A stretch of 62,383 nucleotides of DNA, the filler included, from Phoronis australis (lineage: Eukaryota; Animalia; Phoronida): the NCBI GenBank assembly GCA_002633005.1. It is 9 parts of 9 records of this genome, joined end to end, with 100 filler letters (N's around TTAATTAATTAA, not from the genome) between each part and the next. Parts side by side here need not be neighbours in the genome. Positions count along the whole stretch, not along the records: positions 36,281 to 48,083 come from NMRA01000153.1; positions 48,184 to 51,941 come from NMRA01001777.1; positions 52,042 to 55,408 come from NMRA01003065.1; 6 more parts are not named here. One strand, given 5' to 3'. The position numbers and the translations under genes are program-made. The notes beneath the pieces were generated by a model that was given only the letters and a program-made list of their open reading frames with translations, searched no databases and was not told the origin of the DNA. The number at the start of each line of letters is the position of its first letter. Within the stretch, counting starts at the first letter, position 1. This document shows, piece by piece, positions 39,815-52,491 of this stretch.

Positions 39815-40313
39815 GACCCTTTCACACTAAAGTCGGCACGTCAATGATTTGGAAGTTGCGGTTCGTATGAACAATTCACTTCGGTACTGGAACAAAGTTA
39901 ACATCACCAGTTAACTTCGCAGTGAAAAGGTGGATCAACATGAATGCCACGGTGTGGTATGACCTCTGATCTCATCAAAGTCATTGCCAGGGGCCACTAG
40001 TATTGGCAACAATCAAAGGACAGTGTCGTCGCTAATAGTTACTTACATTTTGGTCGAATAATCACCAATCGAATTAAAAATAAGTTTTATATCGATTAGC
40101 ACACGTAAACGTTATCAAATTGTCACATTACAAAAATTTTAGCGCGCACAGGATGCATCAGCGCCACCTTGCGATTACTTCAATGACGACAGCGTCACCG
40201 ACCACTGTTATCTCGATGCCGTTAACTACCGCAGCTGTTATGAATGATTCAATTAACTTCGCAGTATACATCGACGCTCCGCTCATACCGAGGTTAAGTT
40301 AGTATGAAAGGGC
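39815..40313. mobile_element. PIF/Harbinger-like MITE (~500 bp), copy 1
   Basis: TIRs CCCTTTCACACTAA / TTAGTATGAAAGGGC. Internally homologous, in opposite orientation, to 47446-47901. Confidence 0.65.
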
Positions 40314-41495
40314 TTGGAAGTCTACTCGAATCTACCTTATGCAGGTTACATTTACGATAGTAGTCTGTCCAACATCATCATGTCCTGACTATGTTGATAT
40401 AGTTTTCATGACTTTATCGAACCATAAACTACACCACATTAGCAGACAGGTGAACCAATAGTACGGATGAAATGCATTTATTTTTATATATTCAAGAAAG
40501 TTTCGCATACGTATTACAGTGCGGCGGTGTGGCCGGGTGACAGCAGAAAAACCATCAAGAACCAGCTTGACCAGGTGAGAAGGTGAAAGGTAAAAAAGGT
40601 CAAAAGGTAGCTGTAATGAGTGTGTGATAATAAGGTAGACAAGAGAAGTCTAGACATAAATCAATGAGCAATATTACTGTGCCATGCCTAGACCTTTGCA
40701 ATCAGGGGAATTCGAAAGGTAATTATAGATAATGGTCTGTCTTTTTCCTTATCAACTCCAGACCTACACTTATATCAACTCAGCCTCTGTCTATTGTACT
40801 AAGAATTGTTTTTTATCAGATTAAAATAAGACATCAACAGCACCTGAAATCATGTTATCTCCAAACACCTATGCCTCAATATCACCAGCTGTCATCATTT
40901 CATGTTGCTACATGTCTTATTACACCTATTCAACACAACAATGGACAAGGTACTGTATGATCTCACATCACAGTACACTTTTAAAACTATTCCCAAAGCA
41001 CAAATTGTGCTTCCATGTACAATGTCTAGACGCAACAACCTACATTGTAGACATGGGTAATCTCTAGCTGCCCAGTATAGACACAGACATAATCACAGTC
41101 ACACCTACAAATTCAAATGTTAAGACTTTATTATTGCCATACATAAATATGGCTACTGGGTTCAATTGTTTTCCAAGATGTAGATAACAGAAACTCAAGT
41201 ATAAAATCAAGAAACTACTGAACTTTTATAAATGATCAAAAATAATAATGATATGTTATTATAGACATGTTTGGGTGCATGACCTTGGGTTAGTAATAGA
41301 TAAAAAAGCAGGACTTTAATCCTTCTCTAAATAATTTAGGTGTTCTGTGGTAATATTTTCCAATAGATTGTCATCTTCACTGAAGATAAAAACAACAAAA
41401 GGGTTAAAAATTCAACAGACCAACAACAATAGACTTGATCCTTAAACCATACAGTTCTGCAACGAGAACAGAAAGGAAAAGGTAAAAGATGCGAA

Positions 41496-41680
41496 ATGTC
41501 TGATATGAAGATCAGAGATCTATTGAAGACCATACCCACAGACAACCGTAAACTATTCAAAGACCAAGAAAAGTCCAGGATTAAACTATCAACTATCAAC
41601 TATCAAATATTACTGACCCAAATTCATTCAACCAAACATGTCTACAAGAAGGACTATGCCCTGTTTATTATTCAAAACAT
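41496..41680 (+). mobile_element. Penelope-like element ORF N-terminal remnant
   Basis: MKIRDLLKTIPTDNRKLFKDQEKSRIKL followed, after a frameshift, by SFNQTCLQEGLCPVY, matching the PLE N-terminal F-N-x-x-C-L-x-E-x-L-x-P motif. Confidence 0.55.
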
Positions 41681-44600
41681 CCGTAACAACAAGCAAACAT
41701 ATCGGAGATGAAGAAACCATTTCTTCATTTCTTCCTCACATGGAATTTTCAATAGCATTACAGTAGAAAGTAATTAATTTTTAAAACTAATAAATAAGAT
41801 TAAAACTATGCAAAATGGTGATCACACTGGCCAACACAAGGCAAAGTGGCACCTTGTATAAAGAGCAAGTCTGATGTCAAAGGATCAGCAACTGACCACA
41901 CCAGTACAGACAGTCATTCTTCATAGGAGACAGAAACTGATACTTTTTTATGCTTGGTAACAGCAAAGAGACAGATGTCAGACTGTCATTTTAACTGATC
42001 AGTGATTATGTCTGATTTATATCTATGCAGCCTCTCCTACAGTCTGAATGGTATCACTAATGTGCACCTCATGAAATCAGCTAATCCCAGACAAGCATTA
42101 GTCAGGCGGACAGAACCATATACTTGACACATGTGTAATTAATGGCGGCTATTTCATTATGGCTGGATCAGTGTGGTTATGTAACTTGCCAGACAGACTC
42201 ATTTATGCATGAAAAAAGTGGAGAGACCAGTCTTAATGGACTTCTTTACTTATGTCAGTAGACAACTTAAAAAATTTATAGGGCAGAACAGACATTCACT
42301 CTACTTTCAATAGATATTCCTACTTTCAATAGATATTTGCTCATTAAGTCTGCCATAACGCAAGCCCAGCTTCCTGTAGAATGCAACCACAAAGAAACAG
42401 ATCCGTGACTGATTAAAGCGAAAAATTAAAAGCTATTGTGAACAAGACAAATACAAATATCAGTTCAGGCCACGTAGAAAATAACAGGAAACAATTAATA
42501 CTCTGCGTGCCAAGCAACTTTCATTCAAGGCATACATTAGTTAATAGGTTTTCCTCAACCGATTTCAAAAACGTCTCTTAATAAATAACTGAAGGACTGC
42601 CAACCCATTTTGGACATACTCTGTTAAGTCAATGTTAAAAACCATGCAAGCGAAAACTTGTAGAATTGTGGTGACATCCATCTCGATTTCTGATTTAGCA
42701 TAAGCATAACTTTAAGACCCCTCCTCCAGCCCCCCCCCTCCGTTCCCATGACTTGTGATGACAACAGATGCATTACAAGTCCTAGTGCATAATGTCAGCA
42801 CCCCATCAGTTAACATAGACAATTCGCATTATGGACAAAAGCAGAGGACCACATCACAGCATCCTAGTAAAAGTCCCTCTTCATTCATCAGTCATTCTCA
42901 AAAATGCAGCAAGTAGCTAATCACGAAAGATGAACTGCATTTAATTCATCTATATGTATGCATGCATATTACCTTTCACAGCTTGTACACCTTAATTAAG
43001 ATTCTGTACACTTACAAAATCCTCAAACAATTTTGCAGTGTATGCCAAAACAATACGTAGTACGTAACATGTTGTACAGATTATTAGAATAAAAATCCTG
43101 AGGTGAGCGGGTTATGATTCATAAAACAATGTCAAGATGACCTTTACTGAATATTGCATAAAGGATAATTTTAAGTATCTTATGCAATTTTCAGTTCATT
43201 GGTTAATGGTTAAGACATAATTGGTCTTAACGTGGGAGTTGGCGAGATGTACTGGGCAAACTGGACAGGTCTTAAAAAACAAGAAGCAGACCTTGAACCG
43301 GATATTAAGCCTCCGGCAATGTTGTTGGACATTGTCTATTGGCTTGGCTCGAAATGGAAACCTTCAACTTGTCAAGTAACAAAAACATACAAAAAATGAA
43401 ATCTCATGACAGTTTAAGCATCAACAAGAAACATCTGATTCTGAAAATCGGGCGGGCGGTTCTGTGACCTCTTTTAAACGTCAACAGGGGCTGGGCCATG
43501 TGAAATATGAACAGGTCCACACCCAATGTAGGTCTTTACATTTGGCCTCACGCCTAACAAATTCTGTTCAGTCTCGTCATTGTTTGTTCGTCCTTTTACA
43601 TTGGCACAAGCCAGAGATGAGAGAGACCACGTATGAACAAAACATGTCACTTATTACAAAGATTACGATGATGGTAATACAAACACATAAAGTGATATAT
43701 ACAACACAGAAGATAAAAAACTGTAAAAGAAATGGGCCCAACGACAGCCATTCTAAACGTTCACATCGTGGGTCGAGGGCAGTTTTAGGAGTTCCATAAA
43801 TTAATGATGTCGATCTACATAAAAAGTGTTACCATTCATGAACAGCAAGATCAGAAATTTCCAAAAATATTCCTAAGCAACATCCGGTCAGAGTGGCCTA
43901 TAGTAATTTAAAATTACATTGAGCATTGTCTAGATAATATGACTATTACCTAGAGACATCGTGTTACTCATGAAGATTTAATTTTGCGATCCTCACAAAA
44001 AATCAACATTTGGCAAATTTTCCGCTAACAGGATTTGCAAGCAAGTGGATGAGAAAGTGTGCACTGTTCACCCCTGAGTATCCAGCGAATTCCTGAGCAC
44101 ATCAAAGGCTTGATGGTGCCATCACAGATTGAAGTGAGCTAGTCGTTATTCATGCGCTTCGCCAAATGTGAATTGATAGCGATAATTGTGGCCGTAAACA
44201 ACGTGCCTGTTTAGCGTACCAGTTTTGAAGTGAAGAAACGAGCAATAAGTAAAGCAAGTGACCAACATGACTGTTTTTAAAATTTAAAAGTAGCTATTAG
44301 CCATCTTGAATTTTTAAAATTGATGCATTTTAGAGAAATTAGCAAATAGGATTTCTTCAACAGCGTGGCTAAGCCACGCACGTTAATTTGTGAATGGATC
44401 ATAGGACGGGTTAGTCATAGTCTGGCTTAAGCTCGCTTAGGTGTTGGGGTAACAAAACCTCCAATGTTAGCGCAGGAGTGACATGAGGTAAGTTTGCCTT
44501 GTGTATGTTCAGACACTTGTTGCTATATGGTTATACCATTATAATGTGAATAGACCTCATAGGTCAATAAATCACTCAATTCTTACTCGATTTACTTTGA

Positions 44601-46544
44601 CAGTCACCCTTTTTGCCAAGCCCATACTGAATGTATCTCTAGTGATCATTATTGACCACTCACTCTTGTATGGATAGTTGGCATGGACTGCACCACAGAT
44701 CAACATTGAAAAGACAACGGAATATCTCCCATACCTTATTTGCGGGGTGACATGATAAATCAAATCTGCTGCTATGGGCCCTGCAACGACAAGCATGATT
44801 AAGCAGGGCTCCCGATGCCTTGATTTTGGGGCTGAATATTTTTTTCTCCAGTACACACTGAAAGAAATTTTAAAATCACGCAAAATCACCATTATCAAGC
44901 CCAAAATTCCCTCCAATTATTAAAAAATCACCCCATATTAAGAATCAGGTTTAACTAATACATTGTTTTGAACTGGTGGGGACTGCGAGGAGGGGTTTTA
45001 CCAATCACCCAAAAAAATTCTACTCTCAGACAGCACAGGCACTTTTCCTCTTAGCTGAGTGACGGTCCTGCTAAGCAATCTATGATCTTTGGACAGCATC
45101 ACATTCCGGGAATGTTTTGGACAAAATTTTCCATTGCTGCCTGTCCGTAGCTCAGACGTTCCTAGAACGAGCTTGATTTGACAGGTCCAATGTTATAAAT
45201 ATTTTAGTATGAACATTTTTAGGAGCAGCAACAAGTGAACACGCGAAACATTCTGCACTTTTGTTGGTTGTGTCTACAAAGTAGAAACTGCACTCTAAAC
45301 GGAGGTTGGACATATAGGTGGCATTACTCTGTTTGACAGCAGAAGACATTCCAGAGAGATTTGTTGAAAATAACCCATGAATCAACAGTCACAACAACAA
45401 ATTGCCTGCAGATGAGCTGGCAGAAGCCTGTATTGGTTTAACCACTTACATCTCATAAAAATTAAGCAAGGAAAGTGGAAGAGTGGGCGATTGAGAGTGT
45501 TTGTATAATGCTGAGTTTGTTTTGTCTGGGTTAGCTACAGCCAGCTTCACTGGGCATTTCTACAAACCAATGGAAATAAACGGTTAGATCTGCCCGCCTT
45601 TAAGCCTCAGACTGGCAGTCACCAAAATATCATGTTGTACCCACTAAAGTGACATAAGTACCCTTTATACTACAAAAGTTTGACACGGATCAGCTGTCGA
45701 TCAGCTGACACCCAACCATATGTTCTACGGAACCATATGTTTTACTGACCTGGAGCAAATTGACACCGTGGTGACAACTTTTGCCACCCCTTTGTGAGGT
45801 AGAGCAATTTGCACTGGATCCTTTTGCTCCGTGTCAATTATATGACTAAACGCGAAACTGGGGCAAGGCGGAAAGAATCACCTCTACTGCACTTGTGCAA
45901 TGACCTACATGCAGGTTCTCTGTCTCTGCAACTCCCACCATTTGTAAACCTGCGCATGTGCGTTCCACTCTCCAGCCTACAACTTCCGTCTTGCCACATT
46001 TAATGTGTTGTGTGTGTAAACGGACGCTTTACACCGATCAATTTGCTTCCTGTCAGTTGCGTCAGGACAAAAGTTGATGTCTAAACGGGACTTCAGTTGG
46101 CACAAACATTGCTTTCTTACGATCAGCCCCAAGACCGATTCAACTTAACAGTCACAGCCAATGCTTTGCAAGCAGAGCTTAATATCTCTTGACAAGCAGA
46201 CAAGTATTTTAAGCTCTTAAAGTCACCAACCTCGATATCAACCCGATGACTGACAGCCAATGGCAAGTTGGCAATTCATAATAAGATCACAAAAAACAGA
46301 ACAGATTTTTTGTTTTATAGCTCTGGTCAAAGTTAATATCTACAAGTGTGTCCCATCCAATATTAATTCCAGAGATGCATTTTTCGTCCCCAAAAAACAA
46401 ATGTGCATCCTAAAGAGTGAATAAATCAAATCTAATGATGGAGGTATCATTTACGCCACTGAAGAAACCATTCAACAGGACATCACAGCAATAACTAATG
46501 GCTTCAATACCAACACACAAAGTTCGCGCAACTCACAAAAACGC

Positions 46545-47080
46545 AAACAATTCGATTCATATCATCCGATTCATCACAAGTTGGGCGTGGTTCGTACTAT
46601 GAATAATAGGATAATACATTAGCGTCTGACCATCAGGACAGGTTGGAGGACGAGGCTCGTACAGATGCAGCTTTCTCACGGTGTGGATACCAAAAATGGG
46701 CTTTGTCAAAATGTAAAGATGCAGTCAATGGATCTGAAGAGAAAGATGAGGAAGACACCAGGGGTCTAGCAGCGATATTGTATATCAAGGGCGTTTCTGA
46801 GGCTCTGAGTAGAGTGTACAGGAAGTATGGGATCAGAAAAGAAATAAAGCCACAAACGGTGACCTTGCAACCTTGCTGAGTGTGTTGGTACATCTAAAGG
46901 ATTAACAGGACATTGAAGACTCTAGAGAGTATTTCCTCATCAGGAATTAGAGAGGTCACCCATGAACCTTGACGAGGGTGGATATAAACTCAGCGCAACA
47001 TAGAACAACATCCTGTGCACAGCGCCACCAGGTATGCACTGAGGAAGACATCAGGAAGGGTAGATGTCGAAAATTTCTGT
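46545..47080 (+). mobile_element. Penelope-like element 3' remnant with internal deletion
   Basis: QFDSYHPIHHKLGVVRTM (46548-46601), AFSRCGYQKWAL, ILYIKGVSEALSRVYRKYGI, and C-terminal MNLDEGGYKLS (46962), followed by a hammerhead motif. Confidence 0.8.
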
Positions 47081-47082
47081 GG
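47034..47082 (+). ncRNA. Minimal type I hammerhead ribozyme (PLE-associated)
   Basis: CTGAGGA (47039-45) + A + stem II GACATC/GATGTC (47047-52/47063-68) + GAAA (47069-72) + minimal helix III ending TTC (cleavage after ~47077). Short stem I TGCA/TGTG. Confidence 0.7.
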
Positions 47083-47445
47083 GTATTTACCACTTTTTGG
47101 ACGGAAAAATGAATTTCCCTGGGTCATTGTTTATTCACCATTCTAATGAAAAAACTGTTTGAACACTAGCAATTATACCAGTTTCTGACAAAAATTTAAG
47201 GAGCTTCACCACTTGTATATAATCCAAAGTTTGCAAAGATTGTCAGCCAAGTCGCCATCCCCACTGTTTTCTCATTTGGATGAGGGCTATCATAGAGGGG
47301 AGGTGTACTGTAATACTAAATCTTGCAACCAAAATTATTATAGTGCTTAATAGGAGGTTAGTGAAGTTGATGTTCATAAAGTTGTAGCACAGATGTGTTC
47401 CACCGGCTTGAATCAGTAACAATTTCTCGTTTGTCTGAGTTTTTA

Positions 47446-47901
47446 GGCCACTTCATACTAACTTAACCCCGGTATGAGCGAAGTGTCGACCTGCGAAATT
47501 AATTGAATCATTCATACCAGCTTCTATAATTCACAATATCAAAGAAAACGGTAGGTGACACCGTCGTCATTGGAGTAAGCACAAGGTAGCACTGATGCAT
47601 CCCGTGCACACTAAGATTTTTTAATGTGACAATTTGAGAACATTTACGTGAGCTGACATAAAACTTATTTCTAATTTGATTGGTGTTTAGTCTAGCAAAA
47701 GATACGCAACTATTAGCCTTTAGTTGTAGACGATAGCATTGGCCCCTGGCGATAATTTCGATGAGACCGAAGTTGACTGTTTATACCGCACCGTAGATAG
47801 ACGCTCCGCTGTTAACTTCGATCCAGTACTGAACTTAACCGTTCATACTGACTGCAACTCCCCTAAAACATTGACGCCCCCACGTTACATATGAAAGGGC
47901 C
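47446..47901. mobile_element. PIF/Harbinger-like MITE, copy 2
   Basis: TTA|GGCCACTTCATAC ... ATGAAAGGGCC|TTG. Reverse-complement homologue of 39815-40313. Confidence 0.65.
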
Positions 47902-48769
47902 TTGTTTGGCACGAGACCCACATGCCATTGTGAGCGTAAGGTATGTAGTTAATGTATGGTGGGCAATTATATAGTTCAGACATCAATTATTCTGTTCCAT
48001 CCATAAATGTGTGTGGGTGCTTTGGTTCATTGTTAAGGTTGTAATCGGCAATGGTTAATGCCGGGGGGGGGGGGGGGGGGGGGNNNNNNNNNNNNNNNNN
48101 NNNNNNNNNNNNNNNNNNNNNNNNNNNTTAATTAATTAANNNNNNNNNNNNNNNNNNNNNNNNNNNNNNNNNNNNNNNNNNNNGAGAAAAAACATCTTGC
48201 TTTAATGAGAAAGGGATGCTGTAAATGAGAACGCCTGCGCGGAACACGAGGAAGTAAGATTGGTAATCTTGAAGACCTCAATATTTAGCAATACATTTTC
48301 ATGTGAGGTTTTTGGCTAGGACTTTGATATTGAGAATTCACAATTTAAGGCTTGAGGATAGTAAGTCAAGTATGGGCTTATAAAAAGAGACTTTTAAGAG
48401 GTCAGGTGGCTGTTTACCATGCAGACGGTTGCATAGATGTCAGCCAGAAACTTCACGTGTACCAAACAAAATATTACCTGAAAATAGTCACAGCTAAACG
48501 AAATGAGTGGGTTTTCATATTGAATTTCTCGGCAGAGTGTTTACACAAACGCGGACAACAGACACAAATGCAAAACTTGGACCTGTAATCCAGCATTTAA
48601 AATTGAAAATGTGCATAACTTGATTCAGGGGTGGGCTTTTTACCGAATGCAGGCTTTAAGCCTGACAAGCACGTAATGCTCCTTTATTTGAATACAGACA
48701 CAGCTTCATCTAACGACATGAGAACTCAAAAGGGGTAAATTTACGGTACAGAATTTCAGGTAAACTCAC

Positions 48770-49529
48770 CTTAAACACACCATACCAGCAGAATACCTTA
48801 GCTGAGGGATCCTTCAATCGAACATCTGTGTTCTCATCAAGCTGCCCAACAATGGCACATCTCTTTAATTGATTCAGCAAGTTTTCAGCGGCTTTCTAAC
48901 ATGAAAGAGTCATTTCATCTTGTGAGAGGCATAAGCTGAAAATACTGTAAATGGCTAACATGTTGAGCTCAGCATAGCTCTGAAACTTTGTAACAGGGAG
49001 TGAAATTTGCCGACAGGGAATATGCTTGAAATTTGCAAATTGACTTTTCAGCAGAGCATATAATAAAATGGCACAGGAAACAAGATTTGTGTTTGTGTGT
49101 GTGTGTGGAACATATTTCCAAACATACTGCCAACTTCTTTCATCAACCAACTTTTTCGTGTGTTTGAGAGCATTTTTTACTTATTTTGGCACCACAACTA
49201 TCTAATTTTATTTGCAAAATTTAGGCAAACTTGTACGCGATAATAACCTGCATCGGCATGCCTTTCCATACGGTCGTAAGTATCAATACAGACCTGCCTG
49301 TAAATACCTCCTTACAGGCAGGTAACGTGTCTAAAAATACCCCAGCACCATTCAATAGTTTCTAGTTCTTTGCCTATTCAGACGATAGAAAGATGATTCA
49401 TACTTTATTTGCACCATTAGTCACCCATTAGTGGAATCAGCCAATCGATGGCAGAGGAAGTCTTGTTACCTTTCTCTCTGTTGCCTTCTCAGACTTCAGG
49501 GTATTGCAAGCAATAAGAAGGTCGTCCAT
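48770..49529 (-). CDS. ATM: ATM serine/threonine kinase, first two coding exons (49529-49470 and 48895-48770; TAN domain); the rest of the gene lies beyond the spacer
   Basis: MDDLLIACNTLKSEKATERK|GT..AG|KAAENLLNQLKRCAIVGQLDENTDVRLKDPSAKVFCWYGVFK|GTGAGT resembles vertebrate ATM [26 protein letters not shown]...LNWDAVFR, including the intron after ATERK. The acceptor of the start-codon exon is at 49593-49594. Confidence 0.85.
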
Positions 49530-49819
49530 TACTTAGCAGTGGTCTCAGCCATTCAGTGACACGCCATCTGCTGCTTTCCTTGCCTCATTGACCTTTGGAA
49601 CAAAAAATCGTAAAATTCTGCATAGTAAAAGTCAGACCCAACAGGGCGGAGATTTCAGCTGAGTAAGATGAAATCCACACTTGTCAGAAGCAAGTGCACG
49701 ATGAATTAGAACAACTGTACTGCATTATTTTGTCGAGGTTAAGGAAAAATACGACTTGTGTATGTCCAACATATGCAAGCTTTCAATACTGTAGCTACTT
49801 ACTAAAATCAGGAAGAAAC

Positions 49820-50077
49820 TCAATTAGGCTTTTTGAGAACATTTTTGTTCTTTGACTGCGAATTTCTTACGAAGTCGCCAGAACAGGACACTGTGAATGG
49901 TAGGCCTACAAGAAAGAACAATTACTAATGGCTTGCTGAAACCCTGATTTGTGTAAATTTATTGAGTTTTGTGTTTGATATGGACGGCTGAAGTGAAGCA
50001 CCCGTGGAATTTCTGGTCGGGATTGTCATACCTTATAGTATTATATGTAGTGTATTGGGGACAATCAGAAGCTGAGG
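49820..50077. mobile_element. Partial copy (one arm) of the foldback MITE at 59999-60674
   Basis: Shares AGAAAGAACAATTA...TGGACGGCTGAAGTGAAGCACCCGTGGAATTTCTGGTCGGGA...GAAGCTGAGG with the right arm at 60440-60674. Its terminal GGGGACAATCAGAAGCTGAGG recurs at ~50551-50572. Confidence 0.7.
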
Positions 50078-50212
50078 TAGGCAATGACCATCGCCTCTGT
50101 TGGCCCGAAGCAGAGGCGATGTAGAGGCTATAGGCGCTCTGTACGCCGGAAGCTTTTCGGCGAATTATGCCTCGCACCGACTAAACCATCAAAGTCACGT
50201 TGTTACAAATAC

Positions 50213-50440
50213 CTTTTGCGCCTTAGGAGGTTGTTGATGTGTTTAATTCCTTCCAACTCGAACAAATACTCCCGTTATGAAACTTTTTCTTCGAGCAGTC
50301 CCTATTTCAGTTCCCAAAATCGTGAAATCAACTTTTTCATTTTTTTAACCAGGCCGAAGGTCAGAAGTTGCGGACCTACCGGCGAACTTTGAAAGCTGAA
50401 GTTCCCGCCCTTCGCGTACGTGCTGCCGGGAACCAGCCGT
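50213..50440 (-). promoter_or_regulatory. Putative ATM non-coding first exon and promoter
   Basis: Minus-strand donor AAG|GTATTT at 50213/50212 and a CpG-rich region with E2F-like TTCCCGCC (50402-50409), upstream of the ATM start exon. Confidence 0.4.
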
Positions 50441-51258
50441 GCATTTGCCGTGTTGTTAAACATTAANNNNNNNNNNNNNNNNNNNNNNNNNNNNNNNNNN
50501 NNNNNNNNNNNNGTTTAAACCCCCCGAACCCCCCCCGTAGATCCGCCACTGGGGGACAATCAGAAGCTGAGGACGCATGTGGGAAGGACACTGTACTTTA
50601 GTCTTCGTTGCTACCTATGATTAGTAATGCAAATTAAGAGTTTGTTTACTTTTAACACCAATTCAATGTGTTTACCCCACAATATGGATAAGAACTTTCA
50701 AACACGGATTTTGGAATTCCCAGGTTCGAATTTCCTGTTGCAAATAGCACTGACAACTCGTCTCTACCATCTGCACGATTTGTCCGCGCTTTTAAATTAT
50801 GCGCGATTTTTAGCAACTTGTGGTGTTATGCATAATACATTCAAATTGCAATTTTTTTGGTTATCTTCGCTACCCAACCACGGCATATCCTTCACGCTGA
50901 CAGCTACAGCAGTGGATGGTTGCAGTTCAATAAAAAGTCCAAAAATGAATATAGTATTGAAACGAAAAGAAAAAAGGTCATGCTTACGGACTGAACAGAC
51001 AGACACAACACTGCTTTCAGCGACATCTGTGACTTCATAAGCTACCTCGCTGGTTCCCTCGCTGTTCACTAGCGGAAACGCAGTGAACCACCGAGAAAAG
51101 CCGCTGTGAGCATTGGACATCACCGTGACACAGACCGGGCGCCCGCCACTGAGATACATGCAGCTAGTGTTAGATGTCTATGGCCGAGTTTCTGACTGAG
51201 ATTTGTAATGAGCCCTACTATTTTTTTATATTAGCGTCAGTTTTTTTGAACTTTTAAG

Positions 51259-51344
51259 TGGGAAGATGTTACCCTGAAATCTTACCAGATTTATCGTATT
51301 AAAATACGATAAATCTGGTAAGATTTCAGGGTAACATCTTCCCA
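51259..51344. repeat. Perfect inverted repeat, 42-bp arms with a 2-nt loop
   Basis: TGGGAAGATG...ATCGTATT-AA-AATACGAT...CATCTTCCCA with no mismatches. Confidence 0.95.
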
Positions 51345-52491
51345 TGTAAATTGGCAGACGCATGGCACTGCAAAAATCCGAGTCAGCCTAAAAAGTCACA
51401 GACAATGAGTCAGATATCTATAATTTTTATTCCACGAGTATAGGTAAATCTATAGATAACACTACTGCCCAGAAGTTTGGGCAACAAGTAAACATTACAG
51501 AAATAAACAATGTAAAACGATAATAATGTGCAAGCATATACGTCATAGACATCACATAAAAATGTCTATGATATACATATATGTATATACATGTATGCGT
51601 GCACGTGCGCTTTGCGCGCACGCACACACTTAGCTACGAATTGAAACTTGAATATACAAGTACTTTTTCGGAATCTACATAAACAACGCCGTAGTAATTT
51701 TTCATGACGGAGAGATATGGACAGTCCAGTCTAAATTGGCAACCTCGCTAAGGAGCACTGGACTGACGTCATTTGGGAACTGAAGTCACGAGAACAAAAT
51801 ATCAAAAACTTATATTTATCAACAAGCAGTGGCTCATGAGCTAATGTACTTTATAATAAGGTTGTGGCTTTTAATACGAACAACAATTAAAGGGTGTTCT
51901 TTCACTATGGCCCTAAAACCGCTTTGTCGTATCTGTTTTTTNNNNNNNNNNNNNNNNNNNNNNNNNNNNNNNNNNNNNNNNNNNNTTAATTAATTAANNN
52001 NNNNNNNNNNNNNNNNNNNNNNNNNNNNNNNNNNNNNNNNNTCAGTGCACAGACGAACATAAAGAACGGACTCCCGCCTTCTCAGTCGTTGGCTGCATAG
52101 ATTTTCAATTTAATATCTAGTGTCTCCTTTGATTCTTTTTGTCAGCAATAACCTTGGAAAGCATGACGTCACTATGCAGTCACTTTCCCACATTTCTGTC
52201 CGCACTGGTATTTATTAGCTGGGCCTGCTGAATATATTCAATTTTGCTCGTGTAGCGCGATACAAAATCTAAAGAGAGCTCCCACAAACTCGTTCAATTC
52301 ATTAAAATAGCGAGTATTTATACAGGGTTTATTTAAAATATTTTTAAGTCTTTTAGATTAAAGCTTGTATAAATATTCGAAGTTTTGTATTTTATAAGCT
52401 GGCCATTGTGCAATGAAAATTGTCTTCAGCGCACTTGAGTTCATAACCAACAACACTGCCAAGTTACTGAGGACATTATTGTCAATTTTAA

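Noticed and set aside
42790-42862. C/D box snoRNA candidate on the minus strand (GTGATGT...CTGA with a short terminal stem)
   Set aside because: The C box is imperfect and I could not identify an rRNA or snRNA complementary guide.
50057-50572. 21-bp duplication GGGGACAATCAGAAGCTGAGG as a long TSD around an insertion
   Set aside because: An N gap lies between the copies and the motif is the terminus of a multicopy MITE, so independent copies or mis-scaffolding are equally likely.
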